A stretch of 64,000 nt of DNA from Candidatus Latescibacterota bacterium (GCA_965219995.1 CBDCOX010000002.1:3232001-3296000), one strand, 5' to 3'; positions 25,858 through 36,085 are shown, numbered from the stretch's first letter. Notes: generated from the sequence alone by a model not told the origin. Made by a program: numbers and translations.

Positions 25858-27447
25858 TCATCGAAACATCGGCGCCGCGGCCGGTTCGATCGCCACGTTC
25901 ACGCACGCGGGAAGGCCGGACGCCACCGCGCCGTTCAGCGCGGCCGGGAGATCCGCCGCCCTGTCCACAAACGCGCCGAACCCCCCCAGCGCTTCCGCCA
26001 CCCGATCGTACCTGGTCGCGAGCAAATCGCACGCCACGGTGCGATCTGCGCCGTAGGTTTCGACCTGGAGTTGATGCTCTGCGTTCCACCTTGCGTCGTT
26101 GCCTACGATGACGACAACCGGAAGCCCGCAGCGCAATGCCGTGTCCAGTTCGATCGCATGATAACCGAATGTCCCGTCCCCCAGCAACACGAATACCGTC
26201 CTGTCCGGATGCGCCAGCCTTGCCGCCAGACCCATAGGGAGCGCACTCCCGATGGCGCCGGACGGCCCGTTGATCAACCGGGTCTCCGCCGCCAGTCCCG
26301 CCTGGGCCCACTGGCCGAACTCCCCGCCGTCGCTCACAAATACCGCCCCGGAGTCCAGGAACGGCTGCACCGCCTCGCAAACGGCCAGCGGATGCAAGCG
26401 GCCGGCCGTCCTCCGCGACAGGCCGTTCCAATCAGCCGGCACGGCGCTCAGCAAGTCTTCCACTTCCGACCGCCACGTCCCGGTATTCCACGACCGCTCG
26501 GACGCCCCGGCCGAAAGCCGCCGCGTCGTTTGCCACGGGTCAGCGCAAGAGCGCAGCGCCACGCAGGCGTCGTCGCGCAACTCGCTCTGTTCAGCGTCGA
26601 TCTGGATGAAACGTCGCTGTTCGAAAAAGAAAGGCGGCTGGCCGAATCGCAGTGAAAAATCCAGCTTCTTGCCCAGGAGCAGCACGACGTCGGCCTTCGC
26701 CAGACACGCCGTCGCCCGTCGAAGCGCGGGATCGTTCACGCCCCGAGGGCTTTCCATGGGCAGCGCGGGAATTCCCGTTATTTCCACCAGCTCCTGTACA
26801 GCCGTCCAGCGCTGCCCCCGCGTCATCGCGGGCCCGGCCAGAATCAGCGGCCGCTCCGCGTTCCCCAGCAGATCCAGCACGGCGTCCGGATTGGCGTCCG
26901 CCACGTCCTCCGTCCGTTCGAGCTGCGCAGCATTCGTACCTGGCGCCGATGCCTCCAGGACATCGGACGGCAAGCTCAGGTGCACCGGACCGGGCCGTCC
27001 GGATACGGCCAACCCCAGCGCTCTCGACAGGCCGCTCGCCAGATCTTCACGTCTCTCCACCCGCCAGGATGCCTTGGCCACGGGACGCGCGGCCGCCGCC
27101 TGGTCCATCTCCTGGAACGCTCCCCTCCCGATCTGCGCCTCGGGACAATGTCCGCTCAGCATCACCACGGGAGACTCCGCCATCAACGCCACGTAGAGCG
27201 CCGACAGCCCGTTGCAATGACCGGGGCCCGCCGTCAGCAGCGCGATGCCGGGCTCGCCGGTCAGCCGTCCCCAACCGTCCGCCATATGCACCGCCGCTGC
27301 TTCATGCCGGGTGTGGATCAGTTCGATGTCCCGACCGATGGTCGCATCGTAAACCGAGAGGATCTGATTGCCCGACAGCGAGAACAGATGTCTCACTCCG
27401 GCCGCCATCAACCCTTCGACGAGCGCCTCCGCGCCGGTTATTGACAT
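25858..27447 (-). CDS. Thiamine-diphosphate-dependent enzyme (acetolactate synthase / 2-hydroxyacyl-CoA lyase-like)
   Basis: RHEAAAVHMADG, TAGPG, GAFQEMDQ, GRPGPVHL, LGDGTFG...GNDARW. Confidence 0.88.
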   Translation of the reverse strand: MSITGAEALVEGLMAAGVRHLFSLSGNQILSVYDATIGRDIELIHTRHEAAAVHMADGWGRLTGEPGIALLTAGPGHCNGLSALYVALMAESPVVMLSGHCPEAQIGRGAFQEMDQAAAARPVAKASWRVERREDLASGLSRALGLAVSGRPGPVHLSLPSDVLEASAPGTNAAQLERTEDVADANPDAVLDLLGNAERPLILAGPAMTRGQRWTAVQELVEITGIPALPMESPRGVNDPALRRATACLAKADVVLLLGKKLDFSLRFGQPPFFFEQRRFIQIDAEQSELRDDACVALRSCADPWQTTRRLSAGASERSWNTGTWRSEVEDLLSAVPADWNGLSRRTAGRLHPLAVCEAVQPFLDSGAVFVSDGGEFGQWAQAGLAAETRLINGPSGAIGSALPMGLAARLAHPDRTVFVLLGDGTFGYHAIELDTALRCGLPVVVIVGNDARWNAEHQLQVETYGADRTVACDLLATRYDRVAEALGGFGAFVDRAADLPAALNGAVASGLPACVNVAIEPAAAPMFR

Positions 27448-27496
27448 GGAATGCTTCCTTCCTTAGCCCGTTGCGCGGGCGCACAACCCGATCAGG

Positions 27497-28720
27497 CTAC
27501 ATTCCCGGACCCGGACGCATCGGCTCGAACCTGCCCCTGATCAGCGCGTTCATCTCACGCGCCCTGCGGAACGTCTCCGCGACTTCCTCTTTCAGGTCTT
27601 CCGGCCTGTAGACCGTACCCTTGCGAACCGTCGCCACCGGCTGAATCATACGCGCGCCCATCTCCAGGTTGTCCGCGACATCCCGAAACTCGAACGCGCC
27701 TTCCCGGACCTCGAACGCCGCCAGGTCCGCCACGGTCCCCACCTTCAACGTTCCCAGTTCGTCGTCCCGGCCGATCGCCGCGGCCGGCGCCGCCGTTGTC
27801 TGGTAGACGACCTCCGGAAGCTCCATTCCGAGGTTCAGCATCTTGGATGCCGTTTCGGGCAGGCTGTGAACCGGATCGTTCAGACAGTGTACGTGCAGAT
27901 CCGTGCTGATCACGTCGGAAGGGAACCCCTGCGCAAGGGCTTTCCTGGCAACTTCGAACAGGAAACTGCCGCCGCCGTGGCCCAGGTCGAACAGGACACC
28001 CCGTTCCCGTGCCTCCCACACCTCGGGAATAACCGTCTCCTCGTTACCGAGGATGGTATCACCGCCGCCATGATAGCAGTGGGTGACGATATCGCCCGGC
28101 CGGACCTCACCCAGCACATCCGGAAGCGGAACGCCTGCACCGGCGTGTACCATCACCCTGGAATTCGAGAACTCGGCGGCTTTCACCGCGAGCTTCAGTG
28201 GCGCAACGCCGTTTTCGCCCACCTGGTGTCTGCCCTCGCGCACCTTCACGCCCACGCAGAGTTCCGGCCACGTACCAATCACATATGCCGTGCGTTCCGG
28301 GTCCGCGTACCTCATGTCCACCATTTCACCCACGGGTCCATAGGTCAATCCGATGCCGCTGATATGCACGAAGGTCAGGACCTGCGTCCGCGCGGGCGCC
28401 GCCACGTAGTCTCTGAAACCCATGAAGTTCGCCCATCCCGGACTGCCAGCATCCACGACCGTGGTCACGCCCGTCGCCAGGCACAGCGCGTCCGCCCGGA
28501 TGCCCCAGGTGGTCGCCCCGGCATAGATGTGGGTGTGGATATCGATCCAGCCCGGTGTCAGAATCTTTCCGGCGAGATCAACCGTCTCTCTGGCGGGCTC
28601 GGCAATCTCCTTCTCAACAGCGGCGATCGATTCACCGCTGACCGCCACGTCATACACCCCGTTCAATCCCTGGGCGCCGTCAATCACGGTGCCGCCTTTC
28701 AGCACCAGGTCGTAGACCAT
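27497..28720 (-). CDS. Amidohydrolase/deacetylase family metallohydrolase (dihydroorotase-like)
   Basis: DLVLKGGTVID, PGWIDIHTH, GVTTVVDAGS, THCYH, DLGHGGGSF, ISTDLH. Confidence 0.88.
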   Translation of the reverse strand: MVYDLVLKGGTVIDGAQGLNGVYDVAVSGESIAAVEKEIAEPARETVDLAGKILTPGWIDIHTHIYAGATTWGIRADALCLATGVTTVVDAGSPGWANFMGFRDYVAAPARTQVLTFVHISGIGLTYGPVGEMVDMRYADPERTAYVIGTWPELCVGVKVREGRHQVGENGVAPLKLAVKAAEFSNSRVMVHAGAGVPLPDVLGEVRPGDIVTHCYHGGGDTILGNEETVIPEVWEARERGVLFDLGHGGGSFLFEVARKALAQGFPSDVISTDLHVHCLNDPVHSLPETASKMLNLGMELPEVVYQTTAAPAAAIGRDDELGTLKVGTVADLAAFEVREGAFEFRDVADNLEMGARMIQPVATVRKGTVYRPEDLKEEVAETFRRAREMNALIRGRFEPMRPGPGM

Positions 28721-28779
28721 AGCCTCGATTCCTTGTTCGAAATGCCGGTACTCCCGCGCCTGTTCGGGATCCGGTGGTT

Positions 28780-29514
28780 TCACCGGTGCATGACGGTATG
28801 GAACCGCTTCAGCAGCAAAGCCGCGGCCAGTCCGTTTGCCGCAAGTCCTCCCAGTCCGTACCAGGCGTATCCTTCTCCGGACGCAACCAGCCAGAACATC
28901 TTCATCGGCCAGTAGGCAGGCACCAGACCCGCGAGAAGCTGCCAGTCGGACACCACAAAAAAAGCGATCACGGGAATCATGGTGATCGCGTTCAGGATCT
29001 TTACGAAAGCGAACCCGGTTACCTTGTTCTCCGCGAAACCCGCCAGTGCGAGCGCGGTCATCGGGGCATTGAACGAAGCCAACAGCGATACCGCCGTCAG
29101 ATCGGACAACGAGACCGGCATCAGACCGATCAGGCGATAGCCGGCAATGGTAACGACGAAACCGGACATCAGTGGAATCGTGATCCTGTAGGCCAGATAC
29201 CCGGCCGCCGACGCGGGTGTGACCATCAGGGCCGTCAGCATCCGGTCGTCCCGCTCGTCCAGCAGAAGAAAACCGATCACCGTGCCGATCATCCCCGGGG
29301 CCGTCATTACGTAAATGCTCATCAGCAGTGGGTAATACGGCTTCAGATCAAACGCATAGCCTTCCAGCAACCAGCTGGCCAGCGGCGGCAGGCCGAATCG
29401 ATACAGGGCGGCGATCAGCAACGGCATGGCGGCCATCCAGGCCAACAGCCTGTCGCGCTTCACATTCTTGAAATCAACCCAGCCGAGGGATCGATAGGCA
29501 GCCAGAATCTGCAA
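28780..29514 (-). CDS. ABC exporter permease (fluoroquinolone-exporter-like)
   Basis: Six TM segments; LLDERDDRMLTALMVTP, ENKVTG. Confidence 0.75.
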   Translation of the reverse strand: MQILAAYRSLGWVDFKNVKRDRLLAWMAAMPLLIAALYRFGLPPLASWLLEGYAFDLKPYYPLLMSIYVMTAPGMIGTVIGFLLLDERDDRMLTALMVTPASAAGYLAYRITIPLMSGFVVTIAGYRLIGLMPVSLSDLTAVSLLASFNAPMTALALAGFAENKVTGFAFVKILNAITMIPVIAFFVVSDWQLLAGLVPAYWPMKMFWLVASGEGYAWYGLGGLAANGLAAALLLKRFHTVMHR

Positions 29515-29529
29515 GTACCTGTACTCCGT

Positions 29530-30240
29530 CTATGCGCCCGCTTCACGGACGACAAACCGGGTAAACCGCCGCCGTGCAATGGCAAAGCCGACACCGGTCC
29601 ATGCGATCGCCGCCGCGATCGAAAGAACCGTCTCCACGATGCCGGTCGGACGAAATGCCGCCCGCATCAGTTCCATGGCCGGCTCCAACGGATGAAAAAC
29701 GAAGATCGACCGGTCCGCCAGTCCGAAATGCGGCAGCAGAGGCAGAAGCAGCGCCGTCACGTAGAGGACGGAAGGAATCAGGAACGCGTTGATCGAACCA
29801 TACCGCACAACCACGATAAACCCCGCCAACGAGTAAATCGCCCCCATCACGAATGCGCCCGCCAGCAATGGCGCCCAGTTTCCGCGGACTCCCAGAACGA
29901 CCACGACGATCAACAGGCTCTCCACGATCGCCAGCAGCGTCAATGAAACGACCTTCGAGACCAGGTACTCCAGGTCTCGAAGGGGCGTTGCCGCCAGCGT
30001 GGCCAGGATGCCCTCGCTCTTCTCGATCAGAACCAGACCGCTGATGAAGTAAAACGTCGTTACATAGAGGTTGATTGCGAAAAATGCCGGCACGACGACA
30101 CCGGCATCCGCTCGACCGATTCCAGGTATCAGGCTGAACAGCGCTCCCCAGAATATCACCATGCCGACGCCAACCGCATAGAACCTATATCTGTACTGCA
30201 ACATCGCATCCCAGCGGAGAACCGAAAACAGGCGTCTCAT
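29530..30240 (-). CDS. ABC exporter permease
   Basis: ATG overlaps the ATPase stop (ATGA); LIEKSEGILATLAATPLR..EYLVSKV. Confidence 0.75.
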   Translation of the reverse strand: MRRLFSVLRWDAMLQYRYRFYAVGVGMVIFWGALFSLIPGIGRADAGVVVPAFFAINLYVTTFYFISGLVLIEKSEGILATLAATPLRDLEYLVSKVVSLTLLAIVESLLIVVVVLGVRGNWAPLLAGAFVMGAIYSLAGFIVVVRYGSINAFLIPSVLYVTALLLPLLPHFGLADRSIFVFHPLEPAMELMRAAFRPTGIVETVLSIAAAIAWTGVGFAIARRRFTRFVVREAGA

Positions 30241-31091
30241 TTCAGCGCTCTCCCGGTCACCTGGACGAAGATATCCTCCAGCGTGGTCTCCTGGGTATGC
30301 ATCGTCTGAATGGACGCGGCGCGCAGGATTTCCATAAACTCCGGTTGATCCGCCAGACCGTCCAGAGGGAATTCCGCCCGCTCGAGGCTGTCGTCGGCAA
30401 CGTATTCCACGCGCAGCGTACGCCGGCCGTACCGCAGCTTTAACGCGCGCGGCGCGTCGACAAGCCGGATGCCGCCGTCCACGAGAAACGCCACGCGATC
30501 GCAAAGTTCATCCGCCACGGCCATATCGTGGGTTGTCAGGAATACCGTGGCGCCCGTATCACGCTGTTCCCGTACCAGGTCCCGGATCCGGCGGCTGCTC
30601 ACCGGGTCCAGGCCCGCCGTGGGTTCATCCAGAAAAAGGACTTCCGGTCTGTTCAACAGCGCCCGCGCGAAGTTCAACCTCCCGCGCATGCCCCTCGAAA
30701 ACTGCCCCACGCGTTTGTCGCCGTCTTCCTCGAGCCCCACCAGATCCAGAAGGCGCCGTGGAGTTTCCGTTTGTACTGTGTAGAGCGTACGGAAATAACG
30801 GAGATTCTCCAGGGCCGTTAATTTCAAATAGTGATTGGGAACCTCGAACGAGACCCCGATCCGCTCGTAGTAACTGTTGTCCCAGGTTCCGAGATCCCGC
30901 TCGAAGATCAGAACCCGGCCGGTGTATTCCCGAAGAAGCCCGATCAGCACTTTCTGAGCCGTACTCTTGCCGGCACCGTTGGGGCCGAGGAAGCCGAAAA
31001 TCTCCCCCTTCTCAACCTTGAAGTCAATGGAGCGCACCGCCGGCGCCGGCGCGCCCGGATAGACGTAGGTCAAACCCTCGGCTTCAATCAT
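30237..31091 (-). CDS. ABC exporter ATP-binding protein
   Basis: GPNGAGKST, FSRGM, LFLDEPTAGLDP, TTHDM. Confidence 0.92.
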   Translation of the reverse strand: MIEAEGLTYVYPGAPAPAVRSIDFKVEKGEIFGFLGPNGAGKSTAQKVLIGLLREYTGRVLIFERDLGTWDNSYYERIGVSFEVPNHYLKLTALENLRYFRTLYTVQTETPRRLLDLVGLEEDGDKRVGQFSRGMRGRLNFARALLNRPEVLFLDEPTAGLDPVSSRRIRDLVREQRDTGATVFLTTHDMAVADELCDRVAFLVDGGIRLVDAPRALKLRYGRRTLRVEYVADDSLERAEFPLDGLADQPEFMEILRAASIQTMHTQETTLEDIFVQVTGRALK

Positions 31092-31657
31092 GAAACGCTC
31101 GCCCTGCGGAATTCCGGTTCAACCTGAATACGTTCTCTCTCCGCGCCCGCTTTCGTCAGATATTTCTGAAAGAACTCCCGTGTCGAGAGGCCGGATTCCC
31201 TGTATACACGCTCGAGGTCGATCCGGTCCACCTCGGCCCCCCACGGCCAGATCCGGTCCTGAAGACAGACCACGCCGCTGACCCCGTCGAACGCATCCTG
31301 AATCCACCGGCGGTGCCACCAGACAAAGGGTTCCGGCAGGTGTTGAGGCGAATGAAAACCGGTTTCGATAACCTCCTCCGGTTGCGGTTTCAAACCCTGG
31401 CTTCGAGGAACGGCGGCGAAGACAATCGAATGATTGCCACCTTCACGCCACCTGGGGCTGGAATAGATCCCCACCAGCCGCGTCAACTCGATTTCGATCC
31501 CGGTTTCCTCCCTGACCTCCCGGATTGCCGTTTCGGCAATGGTCTCTCCCGGCTCGCTATTCCCGCCCGGAAGGGCCCAGGCATCGCAGTCCTTCCGTTT
31601 GATCAGCAGCACATTGCCCGAAGCACTGACAACCGCGCTCGCTCCGATCGTCGGCAT
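31088..31657 (-). CDS. NUDIX hydrolase
   Basis: Nudix box PGGNSEPGETIAETAIREVREETG. Confidence 0.9.
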   Translation of the reverse strand: MPTIGASAVVSASGNVLLIKRKDCDAWALPGGNSEPGETIAETAIREVREETGIEIELTRLVGIYSSPRWREGGNHSIVFAAVPRSQGLKPQPEEVIETGFHSPQHLPEPFVWWHRRWIQDAFDGVSGVVCLQDRIWPWGAEVDRIDLERVYRESGLSTREFFQKYLTKAGAERERIQVEPEFRRASVS

Positions 31658-31728
31658 ACTGTCTCCTTAATAACATGCCACTCAAGACACTCCCTGACTC
31701 CACAGCCAACACAGGAGGCGTACTCCGG

Positions 31729-32520
31729 TCAATTCCGCCGGAAATGCGGATGTTGCATCACCTCCTGCTCCGCCTCTGTCATATCCAGAATATAATCGGG
31801 ATACGTTACCGTATGCGCGCCCGCCCCGTACGCCTGGAATGAGGGACTGAACTTGTACAGCAGGGCCCGCCGTTGATGGTCGGCCGTCCACGGCAGCGTC
31901 CCGTGGGTCAGCGTCTCCGCAAAAATCACCACGTCGCCGGCGTTCCCGTTGACCTCCACCACGTGTTCCTGGTATTTCTCACCCCGAGTCAACTCCCTCG
32001 GGCACGCCAGATTCGCCTTGTGGCTGCCCGGCAACACCACCACACCCCCGTCGCCCGGCCCCTCGTCCGCCAGCAGATATTCCACGACCGTCAGCCCGCA
32101 GTAGATGCGCCCGCTCTTGAAAAAATACGCCTCGGAAAGATCCGGGCGTTCCACGCCTCCCCCGTGCAGCGTGCCCCCTTCGCAGCCCTTGTCCATGGCA
32201 ATCAGTCCGGGCCCGTGGTCCAGCCGGTATCCCTTGCCCAGAATCACGTGCAGATAGGGCATGACTCGGGGATGCACGAGCATCGCCCTGAAGGGTTCAC
32301 ACCACGGCCTCTCCCATGCCAGCATTCCGCCCAGATCCATCCTGTTCGACGAACCGCCAAGCGCCGGCGCGCCTATCGTGAGCGACCCCTCCCTCTCCCT
32401 GAGCTGATCGGCATGGCGATCGATCGCCTCGTTGCAGCGGTCGACTTCCTCCGATGTCAGGACGTCTTTGAGCACCAGGTACCCGTTCAGATCGAATAGA
32501 TATTTCTCATCGTCGGTCAT
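31729..32520 (-). CDS. Phytanoyl-CoA dioxygenase (PhyH)-family Fe/2OG oxygenase, HxG variant
   Basis: YLFDLNGYLVL, LHGGG, LPGSHK, AGDVVIF, THGT, RR...YK. Confidence 0.85.
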   Translation of the reverse strand: MTDDEKYLFDLNGYLVLKDVLTSEEVDRCNEAIDRHADQLREREGSLTIGAPALGGSSNRMDLGGMLAWERPWCEPFRAMLVHPRVMPYLHVILGKGYRLDHGPGLIAMDKGCEGGTLHGGGVERPDLSEAYFFKSGRIYCGLTVVEYLLADEGPGDGGVVVLPGSHKANLACPRELTRGEKYQEHVVEVNGNAGDVVIFAETLTHGTLPWTADHQRRALLYKFSPSFQAYGAGAHTVTYPDYILDMTEAEQEVMQHPHFRRN

Positions 32521-32627
32521 GTCATCCCTCCTCGGGTTCCTTCAGTGAGACTTCAGCGCAGAGTACGCGCCTGTCAATTTACGCTGCCTGCGTGCGGCCA
32601 GGGGTTGAAATCCCCCGGCGCTCACGA

Positions 32628-33092
32628 TTATTTGTACATCTGAATCGAGAACATCCCATAACCATGCCGCTCATAGAATCGAACCGTGCGCATCCAATCC
32701 ACGTTATTCGAACCCACCATCGAGCGGTTGATTCCTTCCGACTCCGATCTCGACAGCAACGTCGCAACGAGCCGGTCTCCTACGCCCTTTTCGCGGTGGT
32801 CGGCATGGACAAAGACCTCGTGAACGTGCAGGTATCGCTCGCCCTCGGGTTTGAATATCGAATATTTCCCGACTTTCACGACTCCCGAAGCGTACGCGAT
32901 GACGACTCCCTTATGCTCACCGACGAAAAAATAGTCGCCGTCAAGCCAGGACTGAAGATGCTCATCGCCTACCATCAACGCGACATAGCCCGTAGTACAG
33001 CCTTCCTCGGCCCAGAGTTTCGACAAACCTATGACCGAACGTACATCGTCAGTTTCTGCCGGCCTGACTTTATATCCTGAAGCATCGCTCAC
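32628..33092 (-). CDS. GNAT family N-acetyltransferase
   Basis: EVFVHADHREKGVGDRLV, FYERHGY. Confidence 0.8.
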   Translation of the reverse strand: MSDASGYKVRPAETDDVRSVIGLSKLWAEEGCTTGYVALMVGDEHLQSWLDGDYFFVGEHKGVVIAYASGVVKVGKYSIFKPEGERYLHVHEVFVHADHREKGVGDRLVATLLSRSESEGINRSMVGSNNVDWMRTVRFYERHGYGMFSIQMYK

Positions 33093-33262
33093 CTTCTTCT
33101 TGTCTCCAAATCAACACACCGGGAACCGCGCATTTTCTGGCCGCACTGTCAAGCCTCCGCATCGAAGCGGCCCGGCGGCACCATGCCTTGAATCTGCAAC
33201 CCCTCGTTCGACGTGACCTTTCCCTCCGGCACCTTCGCCCCGATCGCCAATTGACATTCGCC

Positions 33263-34312
33263 CTATCGACTGACAACGTTCTGGCGATAATCACCGTGCG
33301 AAATGAGTTCCGGCGCATAGGCGAACAGCGCGGGGTTTCCCCCGGTGTGCACGTAGACGACAGTGGATCCGGACGGAATCTCCCCCGAGCGGATGCGGTC
33401 GATCACCCCGGACATGGCCTTGCTGGTATAGACAGGATCCAGAAGGATCCCCTCCGTCCGCGCCAGCAGGTGCAATGCGTCCAGGCCCGCCTCGGTTACA
33501 ATCCCGTAGTTCTCGCCCACGTACGCGTCCGTGTTCTCCATTTCGTCGGCCGTCATTCGAATGTCCAGCTCCATCAGCGCCGCCGTTTCGTTGGCCACTT
33601 CGGCAAGCTGCGCCCGGCGTTGCGCCTCGTTTCCCCGGCTCGGCGAGAATCCCTGCGCGCGGACCGGCAATCCCAGCGCTTTCACACCCAGCGCCAGCCC
33701 CGCGTGCGTGCCGTGACCGGATGCCGTACAGATAAAGTCTGTCTGCGCGTCCATGGATTCCATCTGCGCAACAATCTCCAGCGCGCACCCGACGTACGCC
33801 ACCGTGCCCAGCACGACCGCCCGCCGCCCGATGAGATAGGGCACCTCTCCCTGCGCCCTGAGTTCTTCCAGGATTTTCTTCTTCACGTCCTCCTGGCTCA
33901 CGCCCTCGGCAACCAGCCGGACGTCCGCGCCGAGGATATTGTCCAGCAACTGATTGCCCTGGATGCCCATCAGGCTCCGATGGTCGTGACGGTTCACCAG
34001 CACGCATTTCATGCCCAGCTTCGCGGCAGCTGCCGCCGCCTGCCGGGCGTGGTTCGACTGCGAGGCCGCGCCCGTCACCAAGGCCGTCGCCCCGTTCGCT
34101 ACCGCGTCGCCAAGGGCAAGACTGAACTTTCGCGTCTTGTTCCCTCCGAACGCCAGACCGGTCAGATCGTCCCGCTTCACCAGCACCCTCACTTTCCCGC
34201 CCAGCGCTTCCGAGAACCTCGGGCAATCGTGCAGCGGCGTGGGAAGTTCGGCCAGGGCCGTTTTCGGAAAACGATCGATAACAGCCTGCAGCTCCTGAGC
34301 GCTTACAGCCAT
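33263..34312 (-). CDS. D-cysteine desulfhydrase / ACC deaminase family PLP enzyme
   Basis: PTPL, KRDDLTG..FGGNKTRK, QSNHAR, EGILLDPVYTSKA, HTGG. Confidence 0.88.
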   Translation of the reverse strand: MAVSAQELQAVIDRFPKTALAELPTPLHDCPRFSEALGGKVRVLVKRDDLTGLAFGGNKTRKFSLALGDAVANGATALVTGAASQSNHARQAAAAAAKLGMKCVLVNRHDHRSLMGIQGNQLLDNILGADVRLVAEGVSQEDVKKKILEELRAQGEVPYLIGRRAVVLGTVAYVGCALEIVAQMESMDAQTDFICTASGHGTHAGLALGVKALGLPVRAQGFSPSRGNEAQRRAQLAEVANETAALMELDIRMTADEMENTDAYVGENYGIVTEAGLDALHLLARTEGILLDPVYTSKAMSGVIDRIRSGEIPSGSTVVYVHTGGNPALFAYAPELISHGDYRQNVVSR

Positions 34313-34534
34313 GGATTCCTCCATCCGGAATGTGGAACCGGTTGTCGCGGATTGACCCCGTTTCCCTCAATCGATACGTGAGTTTTCCGCCGCAGCCGGC
34401 GGTGATGGAAAAATGGCACAGTTTCACCGGGAAGTCAAAGAAAAAGGGCGTTGTGCGCCTGCCTTCAATTCCATTGTGTCGGCCCCGATCGATTTCTATA
34501 TTCGGGAAACCGCAGTCCAATCATGGAGGTATGA

Positions 34535-35359
34535 ATGTCTATGTCCGACAACAGCGTCATCGCGAAAAACGCGCCGGCCCTGGACGACGAGACCACGCGG
34601 AAGATCGTGGAACAGTTCAACCGCGACGGGTATTATTTCATGGAGAATGTACTCGATCCCTGCGAGGTGGACGCGCTGAGAGAGGGCATGGAGCGCAAGT
34701 GGGACGATCCCCGGATCCAGGCGGACGAGGCCGGCGATCACATCCGCGGCATCAGCATGATGCGCATGTACGAATACGACCGCAATTTCCGGGATCTGAT
34801 CGAACGCGAGCCCATCGTGAGCCTGGCGGAAGCCATTCTGGGTGAGGATTGCCACATGATGTCCCAGAACGCCCTGCGTTACGAACCCGGCCAGGGCGGC
34901 GGATGGCACCTCGACGATAGGATCCACTTCCCGCTTCCCGATGGCGTTCCCCGCCATAGTCCGGATATCCCCGTCCCCTGTTTCGTGATGAACGTGATGA
35001 TCCCGCTCAGCCGGGCCGACTCCGCGGAATACGGCCTGACCCAGGTCATCCCCGGCAGCCACTATGCCGGCCGACACCCGAATGACCGCGAGAATCCGAC
35101 CTTCGAAGGCCGGAAACCGGTGTCCCTTTTTGCAAAAAAGGGCGACATATATTGGTTCCACAACCAGGTCTGGCATCGCGGTTCGCGGAACGATTCCGAC
35201 CAGGTGCGTTACGTTGGCTCAATCGTCTACAGCCAGCGGATGATCGCCCAGCGCCTCTACCCGTTCATCGATTACCGCATGCCCGACCACGTCTGGGAAG
35301 GCGCCGGCCCCCGCCTCCAGCGGCTCCTGGGCCGGCACGAAAAAGGAGCGTATGGGTAA
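34535..35359 (+). CDS. PhyH-family Fe/2OG dioxygenase
   Basis: FNRDGY, WHLD, IPGSH, GDI..F...VWHRG..N.S...R. Confidence 0.87.
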   Translation: MSMSDNSVIAKNAPALDDETTRKIVEQFNRDGYYFMENVLDPCEVDALREGMERKWDDPRIQADEAGDHIRGISMMRMYEYDRNFRDLIEREPIVSLAEAILGEDCHMMSQNALRYEPGQGGGWHLDDRIHFPLPDGVPRHSPDIPVPCFVMNVMIPLSRADSAEYGLTQVIPGSHYAGRHPNDRENPTFEGRKPVSLFAKKGDIYWFHNQVWHRGSRNDSDQVRYVGSIVYSQRMIAQRLYPFIDYRMPDHVWEGAGPRLQRLLGRHEKGAYG

Positions 35360-35363
35360 ACAC

Positions 35364-35680
35364 AAAAAGCGGTGAGACGCAAGACGCAAGAGGTGAGATG
35401 ATGACATTGCGTCCAATCGATATCGATATGGCCTGGCGATATCAACTCGCGGATGCGCAGACCTCTCCCCCCGGCCCCCTCTCCCGTGGGAGAGGGGGAG
35501 GAAGAGAAGGAATCGGCGATCAGCTTTAAGCAGTCAGCCAAAAGCAGAATCAAGAACATCTCACACGGAGACACGAAGACACAAAGGGAAAACCGGAAAC
35601 ACCTGAAAGGAGGGCAACCACAAGGGTTGCCCCTACACACCAGAATTCTGCAATCAGCTTTCAGTTGTCAGCCAGAAGGT
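35364..35680. repeat. Intergenic stack of several short repeat and palindrome families
   Basis: Heptamer arm (35364-35406), CCCCTCTCCC/GGGAGAGGGG hairpin (~35476-35497), ACACGGAG-type octamers (~35563-35586), GTAG-ended REP-like palindrome (35611-35636), TCAGC heptamers. Confidence 0.7.
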
Positions 35681-35722
35681 AAAGCCCACCCAGTTAATGT
35701 CAGCGCAAATAGGGGGCGTAGC

Positions 35723-36085
35723 GTGCCAAACGTTCAGGGAATCGGCGGGTTCTTCTTTCGGGCAAAGGACCCGGAAGGACTTGCGAAATGGTACCAGGAT
35801 CACCTCGGCATCAATCCTGCTCCAACGAACATGGAGATGGCGCCCTAGGTGACCGGGTCCGGGGTCACGGTATTCTCTCCCTTCGATGCCGACACGGACT
35901 ATTTCGCAGCGGACAAGCCTTTCATGCTGAATTTCCGCGTGGCCGATCTGGACGCGATGATCGCACAGCTGAAGTCCGCGGATGTCGAGGTCAGCCACGA
36001 AAGCGAGATGGAGGGCATCGGCCGCTTCGCCCGCATCCACGACCCGGAAGGAAACCCGATCGAGCTTTGGGAACCCGCGTCGTGA
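35723..36085 (+). pseudogene. VOC/glyoxalase family gene with in-frame nonsense codon
   Basis: VQGIGGFFFRAKDP..LAKWY..HLGI, TAG at 35846-35848, then same-frame TVFSPF...MLNFRVADLD...DPEGNPIELWEP. Confidence 0.8.

Noticed and set aside
25858-27447. Calling this oxalyl-CoA decarboxylase linked to the OFA transporter
   Set aside because: 8 kb apart, no formyl-CoA transferase nearby, and I cannot distinguish the ThDP subfamily by eye.
33263-34312. Calling this acdS (true ACC deaminase)
   Set aside because: Family motifs only; the DPVYT motif fits the D-cysteine desulfhydrase-like branch rather than the DPVYE of ACC deaminases.
35846-35848. Pyrrolysine or stop-codon recoding at the in-frame TAG
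   Set aside because: A single TGG-to-TAG change explains it; TAG terminates many genes in this window and no pyl genes are seen.
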